Below, piece by piece: positions 1 through 9,900 of a stretch of 64,000 bases of DNA; position 1 is the first letter of the stretch, and every line of letters starts with the position of its first letter. The stretch lies in UHGV virus genome UHGV-0211472. One strand, given 5' to 3'. Source of the DNA: a virus. Position numbers and translations under genes: made by a program. The notes beneath the pieces were generated by a model that did no database searches, was not told the DNA's origin, and saw only the letters and a program-made list of their open reading frames with translations.

Positions 1-312
1 ATGAGATTGGAGAGAACTGGTATAGACTTTGACAATGTAACTAACGAGTGGAATCAGAAGCACATAAACAGGTTCCGCCCACAAGTAACAGGGTCAGGTA
101 CATACATATTCCAAGCGGGTGGTAGTCAGTATTCTGACCAAGAAGATAGACACATTCATAGTGAAAAGTCTTATACGATCGGTGTTGACAGACATATAGG
201 TGTCCGACTGAACCATCCGTATCTATTCTATAATGTTATAGATAATGATGTTAACAGTAATGCAGCTATCAATGGACTAACTATTGAGTTTGCTGTTGGC
301 GGGCGAAGATAA
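1..312 (+). CDS. hypothetical virion protein (103 aa)
   Basis: ORF begins with ATG at window base 1; the window end carries AAAGGAGG followed by a 6-nt spacer, consistent with this being its RBS if the ends are contiguous; lies in the structural gene block. Confidence 0.4.
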   Translation: MRLERTGIDFDNVTNEWNQKHINRFRPQVTGSGTYIFQAGGSQYSDQEDRHIHSEKSYTIGVDRHIGVRLNHPYLFYNVIDNDVNSNAAINGLTIEFAVGGRR

Positions 313-362
313 TAACAAGGGAGCTTCGTGCTCCCTTTTCTTGTTTATTATAAGGAGGGTCT

Positions 363-1331
363 ATGGGTGCTGGTGGCTTTCGTAAGAATACCGGAAGAAA
401 CAACACAACACAACCTTACAGTGTGGGCTTTCTAAACACCTCTGAGAGTGTAGAAACTAACAACGTTGCAATATATGATGAACTACAGAACATTAGCACT
501 GCAACTAACCAAATGTTCCAAGCTATAGATGAAATCCATGAGGAGATTGATGTTCGTATTAAAGCTCTTCATGCTATGAATTTACAATTTGATGAATTAG
601 AGAATCGTGTTACGACAGAGATTGAGACTGCCATCGCAGATATTATAACACAAATGGGTAACCTATCCACCGATGATATTTGGGATAATTCAGTTAGTCC
701 TCCTGTTAAGTTAGATTCAACTATGTCTGGTATTAAGACTTCTATAGAAGGTAACACAGCATCTATACAGACTGTTGAAGGGATTGTTAATGATCAAGGA
801 CAAGAGATTGCCCTTATCCAATCTGACCTGACGAACGGAACAGGTAGTGCATCTCAGTATATGAAGCTCACTGAGTACGAGGCTACTTGGGGCGTTAACT
901 CCACGGTGAATGGTAAGACAGCAGGGGTAAAACTGACAAATAATGGTTCTACAAGCCAATTCCAAGTCACTGCTGATAAATTCCTTGTTTCCGATGGCAC
1001 ATCAGGGAGTACTCCTTTTAAAGTAGTTGGTGGAAGGGCAGTTATGGAGTTTGCTGATATTACTAACGTTGTGATAACAACTGCTCAGATAGCAACAGCT
1101 AGGATTCAGTGGGCACAAATTGATAACGTTAGCATAACAAATGCACAGATTACAAGTTTGTCCGCTGATAAGATAACAGCTGGGTCAATGTCAGGAACTA
1201 ATTGGCGTCTTACGGTTGGTGGTGATTTTGTTTTGGGTAGGACTTCTAGTTCTCAGCTTTGGATGAATGGTAGTCGTATCGACTTCTATGATGCAAGTGG
1301 TACTCTTCGTATTAGAATAGGGAGTTGGTAA
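363..1331 (+). CDS. tail fiber-like structural protein
   Basis: RBS AAGGAGG upstream; Thr/Ser/Asn-rich with short repeats (ITNVVITTAQIATARIQWAQIDNVSITNAQITS) typical of fiber shafts; position among structural genes. Confidence 0.5.
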   Translation: MGAGGFRKNTGRNNTTQPYSVGFLNTSESVETNNVAIYDELQNISTATNQMFQAIDEIHEEIDVRIKALHAMNLQFDELENRVTTEIETAIADIITQMGNLSTDDIWDNSVSPPVKLDSTMSGIKTSIEGNTASIQTVEGIVNDQGQEIALIQSDLTNGTGSASQYMKLTEYEATWGVNSTVNGKTAGVKLTNNGSTSQFQVTADKFLVSDGTSGSTPFKVVGGRAVMEFADITNVVITTAQIATARIQWAQIDNVSITNAQITSLSADKITAGSMSGTNWRLTVGGDFVLGRTSSSQLWMNGSRIDFYDASGTLRIRIGSW

Positions 1332-1332
1332 T

Positions 1333-2367
1333 ATGGCGTATGGAATATGGACAACGCCAGTCGGACCGGGACCAGCTTCTCCGGCTGAGCTTTTTATTGA
1401 TAGTGATTCTACTTTCCCTCAATTCAAGAACAGGGTTAGTGGTAATTACAACTTTAATGGGGGTAGTAGAGATTTCCCTATTTCTGGATGGGATGGCTCA
1501 GGCCAAATCGTTGTAGTCCCCACCGGCTCTTTGTGTTGGCAATGGGAAGTCCCTCCTAATCTTGTCCCTGATGTGTATGTTGTAAACAATATCAGTATTG
1601 TAAATAACTCAACTTTCAGGGTTAGTATAAACATGAATCCCGGAAGTAATCCACTGTTTGACGTGGCTTTCAATGTATACCAAATATGGCCTAGAGCCAA
1701 TAGAAACTATGGTATAACCTTTTCAAACACAGCTGATTACTTCTCTATATCAGATGCTGGAGTTGTTGGTCAATGTATTTGGGCTTGGGAAGGAAACATT
1801 AATGGCTCTATGCAAATACCAGCAATCAGTGGTTTTGATATGTCTAGAGCTTCAGTGTTTGCTAACTGGTCTGGAGGACAAGGTTTACTCTATGATGCTG
1901 GGAGTCGTAATATCAGGGTTTACCAAAACAGAACCTATGATAACGGAAACAACAACCAAACAGGAACAATTAATAATGTGAGAGTTGCAGTGTTCTGTAA
2001 CGGGGCTGGTGTTCCTACTCACAATGGTGGATTAAACATATATTCACCTAATGGTTCTCAGTGTGTATTTTCTACTTACAGAACACCTTTTATGGTTGAT
2101 CGTTTTATGGCTATGAGTGGAGGGAATACTGGACTTACATATCCTATGATACCTCTGACGAACGGGGCAGGTTCTATTAGGGGTCAGGCGGGGAGTTGGT
2201 ATTTCCAACATGCTAGATCTCATACGATGAACGGCTCTTCTTTTGGTACAGGGTATGGTCGATATATGTTCCAGTGGGATAGAAACTACGATATGGGTGG
2301 TGGTGGGGCTATCTCCCTTCAGATTCCAGTCCTAGATGCTAGGAAGATTTTTAGAAGCATACAATAA
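1333..2367 (+). CDS. putative tail/structural protein (344 aa)
   Basis: start ATG 1 nt after the stop of the upstream gene (TAATATGG); Gly/Asn-rich, structural-module context. Confidence 0.5.
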   Translation: MAYGIWTTPVGPGPASPAELFIDSDSTFPQFKNRVSGNYNFNGGSRDFPISGWDGSGQIVVVPTGSLCWQWEVPPNLVPDVYVVNNISIVNNSTFRVSINMNPGSNPLFDVAFNVYQIWPRANRNYGITFSNTADYFSISDAGVVGQCIWAWEGNINGSMQIPAISGFDMSRASVFANWSGGQGLLYDAGSRNIRVYQNRTYDNGNNNQTGTINNVRVAVFCNGAGVPTHNGGLNIYSPNGSQCVFSTYRTPFMVDRFMAMSGGNTGLTYPMIPLTNGAGSIRGQAGSWYFQHARSHTMNGSSFGTGYGRYMFQWDRNYDMGGGGAISLQIPVLDARKIFRSIQ

Positions 2368-2376
2368 GGAGAACTT

Positions 2377-3159
2377 ATGGCAATTAGAATGGGTATAGAA
2401 GAATTAGACCCGATGGTTCAACAGGCTTCAAAGAAGTATGGTATACCAGCTGCTTTGATTCATGCTGTAATTCAAAGGGAGTCTAGTGGTCGTCCTAAGG
2501 TGGCTTCCGGAACTGGTCCTGTTGGTTTGATGCAGATCAGTAAAGGGTTAGCTAAAGATTACGGTTATAAACTAGAAGATAGGCTTGACCCAGCTAAGAA
2601 TATCGACATGGGTGCTCGCTATATCAGAGATAACCTTAAAGCTTTTAATGGTGATGTTAAGAAAGCAATGGTTGGTTATTCAGAAGGTATTGGTGGAGCT
2701 AAGCAGATGTTCGCTGGTAAAAGAGGGTTTACTCCTCAGGCTCTCGACTCTATGAATAATAAGCACTTCCTTCCTTTCTACGGTGATGCAGCTTCTCAGA
2801 TTGCTAACCCTATTGGAGCTTTACAAGCTATCCAACCAGTCAACCAGTTTAATCCTGACTTACTAGACAGAGAGAAAGCTGCACAAGCTCCAACTCAGGC
2901 GGAGATTGCTGCTTCTAAGACAGGAGCTTTAGGAGGTAATCCGGTAGAGTTTTACTCTGATGAAGTGCAGGAAGGGGAAGATCAGAAGCCTCAACAGAAC
3001 TTTGGTAATGCAGTATTAGGAGTAGCTGCTATGCTTGCTGGTAAACCTCCTACTTCTCAAACAGTTCAGAGGGCAAGTGCACCACATGCAGCAGGTTCTC
3101 AGTACAGTCCACAAACACAAGCAGTGCTTAGACGTTTGGCTAGCATTGGTGTAAAGTAA
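2377..3159 (+). CDS. lytic transglycosylase (SLT-domain) protein, probably virion-associated peptidoglycan hydrolase
   Basis: N-terminal motif ...IHAVIQRESSGRPKVASGTGPVGLMQI matches the SLT catalytic Glu-Ser...GLMQ signature; RBS AAGGAG; located between structural genes. Confidence 0.7.
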   Translation: MAIRMGIEELDPMVQQASKKYGIPAALIHAVIQRESSGRPKVASGTGPVGLMQISKGLAKDYGYKLEDRLDPAKNIDMGARYIRDNLKAFNGDVKKAMVGYSEGIGGAKQMFAGKRGFTPQALDSMNNKHFLPFYGDAASQIANPIGALQAIQPVNQFNPDLLDREKAAQAPTQAEIAASKTGALGGNPVEFYSDEVQEGEDQKPQQNFGNAVLGVAAMLAGKPPTSQTVQRASAPHAAGSQYSPQTQAVLRRLASIGVK

Positions 3160-3178
3160 TAATCTTTAAGGAGGACTT

Positions 3179-4231
3179 ATGTCTTTATTTGGAAAATCAG
3201 CTTCTAGCAAAACCACAGTGGCCCCTTCCTCTCAGGTTGATGCCCTGCTGAAGCAGATTGTTGCTAATGCTCAGAAGATGCAGAACAACGATCAGGGATT
3301 CATCTCCCAACAGCTGGCTGGGTTTAATAACAATCAACAAGGTGCTCTGAACAACTTATCAGCTTCTACAACTCAGAAGCAACTGGCTGACATGTACACA
3401 CCTCGTACACAGCAAGGGCTGGACCAACTTAACTCTCTTGCTCAACAGTATCAGAATATTGTCAATGGTGGTGGAGTGACAGCCGAGGGGGTTAATAACT
3501 TTAGTAAAGGGTTAAATAATTCTGCTCTTGCTCAAGCAACTAGTAAAGCAGCTTCTAATGTATCTCTCGGAAATGGTTCTGACTCAGGTTCTCTCCGTAG
3601 AGCTGCTGCTCAGGGTGCTGCTCTGAACGGTGCTAATACAAACTTAGCTCGTACTATCAGTGGTAAGAATATGGGAATCAGTGCCCTGCAACAAGACCAG
3701 AACTTCCAGAGAGGTTTGCTTGGTGCTCAGTCTGGTCTAGCTGGACAGAATCTCAATCTTGGTGCTCAAGGTGTTCAGGCAACTCAACAAGCTATTCAGA
3801 ATCAACTTATGGCTGGCAATCTACAACAGCAACAGGCTCAAGCACAAGCTGATATCAATTGGCAGAACGCTATTGGTTCTCAGCAGTACGGATGGAATCA
3901 GCTTAACAACCAACTTAATGTATTAAATAGTGTAAGCCCAATGGCTGGATATACAATTAAGAATGCCGCTCCGGGCGTTAACGTAGGACAACAGCTCCTA
4001 GGTGCTGGTATCACTGGTTTAGGTATTGCGGGTCGTATGGGTGCTTTCTCTCCTAACCAACAGACTCAGAATGCTTGGAGTTCATATAACAACTCGGGTG
4101 GGCAATCTGGAATGGCTGGTCCTATGATTGGAGGTTCTAATCTTTCTCAACAGAGGGGTCAGTCTAACTGGTTATCCACGGCAGGGAGTAATATCTTAGG
4201 TGGGGTCTTGGGGGCATTTGGAGCAAACTAA
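3179..4231 (+). CDS. Gln/Asn/Gly-rich structural protein (paralog A)
   Basis: RBS AAGGAGG; begins MSLFGK...; shares the GFNNNQ..ALNNL segment and overall Q/N/G-rich composition with the next ORF. Confidence 0.55.
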   Translation: MSLFGKSASSKTTVAPSSQVDALLKQIVANAQKMQNNDQGFISQQLAGFNNNQQGALNNLSASTTQKQLADMYTPRTQQGLDQLNSLAQQYQNIVNGGGVTAEGVNNFSKGLNNSALAQATSKAASNVSLGNGSDSGSLRRAAAQGAALNGANTNLARTISGKNMGISALQQDQNFQRGLLGAQSGLAGQNLNLGAQGVQATQQAIQNQLMAGNLQQQQAQAQADINWQNAIGSQQYGWNQLNNQLNVLNSVSPMAGYTIKNAAPGVNVGQQLLGAGITGLGIAGRMGAFSPNQQTQNAWSSYNNSGGQSGMAGPMIGGSNLSQQRGQSNWLSTAGSNILGGVLGAFGAN

Positions 4232-4243
4232 AGGAGAATATCT

Positions 4244-5212
4244 ATGTCACTTTTTGGTGGAGGCGGAAGTAAAACTACTTCCCAAATGATTCGCCCTGAA
4301 TACATTCAACAGTATATTGACCAGCTTAATAAGCAGATTGGTAATACTAGTTCAGGGGATTATGTTTATCGAGATAATGTAGGGTTTAATAACAATCAGA
4401 CAGAGGCACTTAATAACCTAGCACAATCTGGCGCTTTAGGCACTCTCTCACAGCAATATATGGATGCAGCAGGTCAAGGCTTGGGTTATCTAGATAATGC
4501 CTATAAAGGCTATCAGAGCCTCTCTGGACAAGGTGGGATTACTGGAGAACAAATTGGTGCTCTCGCTGGTCAACTGTATGATGATGATGCTGTGCAAGCA
4601 GCTATTACAGCTAATAACGAGCAGGTTCAACAGAACTTGGCACGTAATGCTCTTCCTCAATTAGCTCAACAGTATGCTGGTCAGCAAGGCTCAGGTGCTC
4701 GTATGGCTAAATCTTTTGCCCAAGGTGATGCTCTGAATCAGATGCAAGGGCAAGCAACAGATATTACCAACAGTGCCTATAACTCTGCTATCAACCAAGC
4801 TGAAAGCATTCTCTCTGGTAATAGACAGAATCAGGCAGCTGCTCTCTCTGGTCTTTCTACTATTGGTTCTAACCTTTCTAACCTAGGTCAGCAGGGTGCT
4901 AATTTGTCTCAACAGCAAATAATGAATCAATGGAATGCAGGGTTGCAGCAACAACAGCAACAACAGAATGAATATGATAATGCCTACCAGAACGCTCAGA
5001 ACGCAGCTAATTGGGGATGGCAAGATATCAACAACCAACTCGGTGCAGCAGGTGTACTTAACGGTGCTCTCGGACAAACTACAACTACTAAAACATCTGG
5101 TGGTAGTGGTGGCTTCTTAGGTGGGGCCATGAGCGGTGCAGCAGCAGGCTCTGCGTTTGGGCCTTGGGGTGCATTAGCTGGGGGTGTAATCGGTGGGTTG
5201 GCTAGTACTTAA
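4244..5212 (+). CDS. Gln/Asn/Gly-rich structural protein (paralog B)
   Basis: RBS AAGGAGA; begins MSLFGGGG...; paralogous to 3179..4231. Confidence 0.55.
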   Translation: MSLFGGGGSKTTSQMIRPEYIQQYIDQLNKQIGNTSSGDYVYRDNVGFNNNQTEALNNLAQSGALGTLSQQYMDAAGQGLGYLDNAYKGYQSLSGQGGITGEQIGALAGQLYDDDAVQAAITANNEQVQQNLARNALPQLAQQYAGQQGSGARMAKSFAQGDALNQMQGQATDITNSAYNSAINQAESILSGNRQNQAAALSGLSTIGSNLSNLGQQGANLSQQQIMNQWNAGLQQQQQQQNEYDNAYQNAQNAANWGWQDINNQLGAAGVLNGALGQTTTTKTSGGSGGFLGGAMSGAAAGSAFGPWGALAGGVIGGLAST

Positions 5213-5225
5213 TTAGGAGATAAAT

Positions 5226-6875
5226 ATGCAACAGACAACTTACGCTCAGGTCAGAAGTCGTGACCCGAGAAATACTTTCTATGGTGTTAATCCGGGAGCG
5301 GCTTCGGCCTCTCCTTATATGGCTAGACCCGTTCAGACAGCAGATATTTCTATGTATCAACGACCTGCTGTACCTGCTGGGTTATCTGCTCTAGTAGGTC
5401 AGGCTTCAGTTGATCATCAGAATATGTTAAATCCTGTTCAGAGTAATGGTCTTCCTTCTGACATTCCGAATGATGTACAACCTCAAGCACAACAGGCTGT
5501 AACTCTTCCTGAGTTTGAGAATCAAGAAACCATGCAAGCTGCTGGGCTTTCTCCTTCTTCTATTCCTCCAGAATCAGAACCTCTTCCGGTAACACCTCCT
5601 ACTAAACCGTTAGAAGCTGGTCCTATGGAGTTTACTCCTTCTCAGGTGGAACAGGCACAAGGTGTGGTTAACACTCTTGCTCAAGGACAAGACACTGGTG
5701 ATGGGATGGCTGCTGCTACTCGCGCTAAAGATCAAGAGCGTGTTAACAATGATATCTTGCAAGTTGCTAAAGCTAAAGACCCTTCAGAAGCTTGGAACAA
5801 GCTACAGAAAGAGCCATTCTATCAGAACTCTAGTTTCTATACAGGTTTGATGGGTGTAGGTCTTTCCATTATGTCAGGTAAATCCCCTATCGAAGCTTTC
5901 CAAATTGGTCAGGGAATGGCTAATCAAGATGAGACTAAGAAGCAATTGGAAGCTAACCGTGATGCATTGGTTGAGCAAGGTTTCTCTCAAGACTCTATTG
6001 CTGCTGCTATTGCAAGCGGTGACCCTTCTCTTCTGAAGATGAAAACTAAAGACCCACTCCAACAGGAGGCTCTGTATGCTGCTCGTGAAGAACGACAGAA
6101 TGCTGAATGGGATAGACGTCAACGGATTCAAGAGCAGACTATGCGTGAGCGTGCTGATGAGACTCGTCGTGCCGCTGAAGAAAGGGCTAACCTGAACTTT
6201 GAACGTCAGAAAGAGTTGATTGGCTTCCGTGATAAGGTTAAGGCTGAACGTGCTGAACAAGCTGCTCAGAGTTTTAACTTTAACCCGAAAGAAGTTCGTC
6301 TTGCTCAGAACACAGCTGAAGGTACAGTTGCTAAGCAGTGGGCGGAGAAAGGTGGTCTATTTAATCAATCCAACAAAGACTTGGATTTGGCTGACAAAGC
6401 AGTTAAAGATAAAGATTATCAGACAGCTCGTTCTGCTTACATGCAGGCTATCATGAACTCCGCAAGGGCTGAAATCGGTGCTACTCGTTCACTTACTGAA
6501 GAGGACTTGGGACACTTCGCAGAAGACCCGTCGGTCTTTGTTCGTGTTGGCAACAAGTTTGCACTGAAGTCTGGATGGCGTCCTACTGATGCTGCTCTTT
6601 CTTATGCTCGTAAGCAAGCTAACGTTGGTCACACCTCTGCAATGAAAGGTGTTGCTGATGCTAAGAAAGCGACAATTGAAGCTTACATCGGTTCTGGTAT
6701 GGATAAGAAGAGAGCTACTGCATTGGTTAACCGTGCAATTCCTTCTGGTGGTTTCTATGACCCTCTAGGTGTTTTCTCTGAGCAAGCGGAAGAATCTGTT
6801 GGGGGTGCAGCAACCAACCCTAAGCTTAATGGTGCTTTATCAGCTGTCGAAGACACTAGCTGGTTCACTCAATAA
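5226..6875 (+). CDS. putative internal virion protein (549 aa)
   Basis: RBS TAGGAGA; long ORF in structural block; Pro-rich N-terminal part and charged coiled-coil-like C-terminal part. Confidence 0.5.
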   Translation: MQQTTYAQVRSRDPRNTFYGVNPGAASASPYMARPVQTADISMYQRPAVPAGLSALVGQASVDHQNMLNPVQSNGLPSDIPNDVQPQAQQAVTLPEFENQETMQAAGLSPSSIPPESEPLPVTPPTKPLEAGPMEFTPSQVEQAQGVVNTLAQGQDTGDGMAAATRAKDQERVNNDILQVAKAKDPSEAWNKLQKEPFYQNSSFYTGLMGVGLSIMSGKSPIEAFQIGQGMANQDETKKQLEANRDALVEQGFSQDSIAAAIASGDPSLLKMKTKDPLQQEALYAAREERQNAEWDRRQRIQEQTMRERADETRRAAEERANLNFERQKELIGFRDKVKAERAEQAAQSFNFNPKEVRLAQNTAEGTVAKQWAEKGGLFNQSNKDLDLADKAVKDKDYQTARSAYMQAIMNSARAEIGATRSLTEEDLGHFAEDPSVFVRVGNKFALKSGWRPTDAALSYARKQANVGHTSAMKGVADAKKATIEAYIGSGMDKKRATALVNRAIPSGGFYDPLGVFSEQAEESVGGAATNPKLNGALSAVEDTSWFTQ

Positions 6876-6942
6876 GACCTAAGTCCTGCCTTCTATAATG
6901 TATATAGGGGGTAGGACATTTTTATTTATAAAAGGAGACGTT

Positions 6943-9900
6943 ATGGCTAACATTAAACCGTGGGAAGAAGCTTCCAAAGCTCCTGCGTATCTGAATGCCT
7001 CTCCGGAGCAACAAGCTCAAATGAGAGAACAATATAAGGCAGCAGGTGGCTCTATTCCTGAGGAACAACCAGTAGCACAACCACAACAAGAAGAACGTGG
7101 TGCTATAGGTGAGTTTGCTCAAGGTGTGTCAAATGCTCTTCAGTCCGGCAGTGCTAACATCTCTGCTAATCTTGCTAGGGGTATTGGAGGCTTAGTTGAG
7201 ATTGGTGAAGATCTAACTGGAGCACAAACCGGTTACGGGAAGCGTATGCAAGAGAACGCTCAAAATCTCTTGAAAGAACGTATGGATAAGATTGAGGATG
7301 GGATTGGTAAATCTGCTGGTCAGTATGCTGGGGTGGTTGCCGACATTGGTCTGACAGTTGCTAACCCATTAGTTGCCGCTGCTATCATCGCAGGTCGTGA
7401 GACAGGTCGTGCATATGCAGACCAAACCCCTGAAGAGGGGGAAGATAAGTCTGTTCTAGATGCAGCCCTAGTTGGTGGTGCTAACTATGCAGCTCAAAGA
7501 ATCCTTCCGGGTGCTGTTGGGACAGCTGAATCAGCTCTTGGTCGTATCGGTCAGAACGTTGCTAGTAACGCAGTGGCTGGTGCTAAAGGTGGTGCTCTTG
7601 TTGGTGCTGCTGAGGTTCAGAACAAGTATGGTGATGACAATGATCTAGCTAAGACATTGGAAGGTGTTATCGAAGAAGGTGCTATGGGTGCTGCATTCGG
7701 TGGTGCAGTTGGTGGGGTTCATGGTTTGATTAGCCGTCCGGATTCTGCTGTCTTCAGGAATACTCCAGAGTATGCGAAGACTGATATTGCTGCTGATGAC
7801 GAACTGATTCGTAGTGCTAAGAATGTTGATGAATTGAAAGAGGCTTACTCTAAAGCTGAAACTGCTAACGCTGCTTCTGCTCTGAACCTTCTCGATGAGA
7901 ATGGATTCCGTATTACAGATGCTGTTGCTGTAGATTCTCCTGCTGCTCAGCGTATTCTTAATACTGACCAAGCTCGTGCTGAGAAAGCTGCTTCCGTTCA
8001 GAAAGAGCATTCCAACATTCCGGGCCTTAATCCTTTAGCTTCTCCTGCTAAGACTCGTGGTAAAGCATTCGCTGATAATGAGCACAACCAGAAGCAGGCT
8101 GTTGCTATGAAGGATGCAATGGCTGACTACACCAAAGACAACACGAAAGCTCTTACAGATGTTCTGGATAACCTAGATCGTGAATTAACTTCTCTCCGAG
8201 CTTCTGGTGATTTTACTGGTAGTCCGATTGATATTAAGAACCGTACACAAGCCGACCGTGATTTCATTGATGCTTACAAGACTTTCTACAATGAAGCAAA
8301 TCGATTCAAAGCTCGTGATGGTGAAGACTTTAATAACTTTGTAGAGAAAGCTGCTGAACTACAGAAGATGGCTGATAATGTTTCTCCAGAGATGAAGAAA
8401 GCTATTGGTGGGTTGAAGAAACTGAAAGGTATGCCTGAAGGTTTTAATCCTATCCAAGATGCTTACACTCTGAACAATACAGCTAAGTTCATGAGCAATC
8501 AAGATCGTGGTTGGACTTCCCTGACTGATGATGGCTTCCGTGAGGCTTCTTCACCTAGTCTGGTAATGAACACTCTTGGTGCTGCTAAGTATGCTCTGAA
8601 TCGCTTCTCTTCTCAGCGTGCTCGTTCTCAGCGTGTTAAGCAACAAGAGTCTAACAGCGAAGCTATCCGCTCTCTGGCTCGTGGTGATTTGGAAGTTGCT
8701 CGTGCTAAATCTACTGCTGATGAAGCTCGCGCTAAGATGGAAGAAGAACCAGTTGTTGATGACATTAAATTTAAGATGCAAAATGATGTAGAAACCGAAC
8801 CGGTTCGGGAGCCTTCTTCTAGTACTGTGACGGAAGAAAATCTTCCTTCTTCTGTTCCTCAAGAAGCCCCTCTTACGGCTCGTGATTTAGTTGCTCAAAG
8901 ACGTGCAGTTAAGCAGGTGGAACAGCGTCGTGCGCAAGAAGAGGCCGCACAGGCTCCAGAATCGACCGTAGAGGAACCAACCATCAAAGCTGAGCCATTA
9001 CCTGCCCGTGCCCCTAAAGCTCCTAAGGAAGCTGTACAGGATGTTAAACCATCAATTGGTGTAGAACGTTTAGCTGCCATGTCCAGTGCTGCTCGTCAAG
9101 CTACTAAAGATCGTGCAGAACGTTTTGCTCGTTCTCTGTACTCTAAGGCTGCTAAGGCTAAAGCAACTGCTGAGAACTTCTTATCTTACAAGGGTGATCC
9201 TAAGGAGTTGATGCGTCGTATTCGTCAGGAAGATAATGCTATCAACACTGAACGTCATGAAGAAATGGCTCGTAACCAGCTGGCTTCTCAGCAAGGCATT
9301 GCTACTGCTAAGAACAACACGGTACGAACTAATTTTGCTGAATGGGTTAAGGAACGTGGTCTTCCAGAAGACATTGCTACTAAGGCATTACGTGCTGAAG
9401 AGAAAGGTTTAGGTGGGAACGTAACTAACTTGGATAGCCTGAAACGTCGTGCAGAAAGGTTATATCAGAAGCAGCGTGAGGATGAGTTTGATAGGCTGTA
9501 TCAACAAGCTCTTGAAGAGAACAAAGCTTTCGATAATAAGAATGCTCCTAAGCTGGTTGACCAGAAGAAAGAGCTTCAGTCTGAGATTGATGCTTTAATT
9601 GATTCAGAACCTTTACGTCCTGCTCAGAAAGATGCTATGCGTAAGCTGATGAATGACTTTGTAGATGGGAAGTTTAAATCTTCAGAGAAGGCTGGTAGGG
9701 AAGAGGCTTTGGAAGTTGGTCAGATGAAGGATATTTGGGATGGGTTTATCAACACCTATAACAGAGAAGTGAATGCCTTCAACAGAGCTAATAAGAACTC
9801 TCAGTATGAAGCTTTTGCTAAACACATACAGGCTCGTGAAGAACGTCTTGCTACTCTGAAAAATAAAGCTCAGGCTCGTTCAGATGCCAAGGCTGCTGTT

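Noticed and set aside
3179-5212. Possible prion-like or amyloid Q/N-rich domains in the two paralogous structural proteins
   Set aside because: Q/N/G-rich composition is common in phage internal and fiber proteins; there is no specific evidence for prion-like function.
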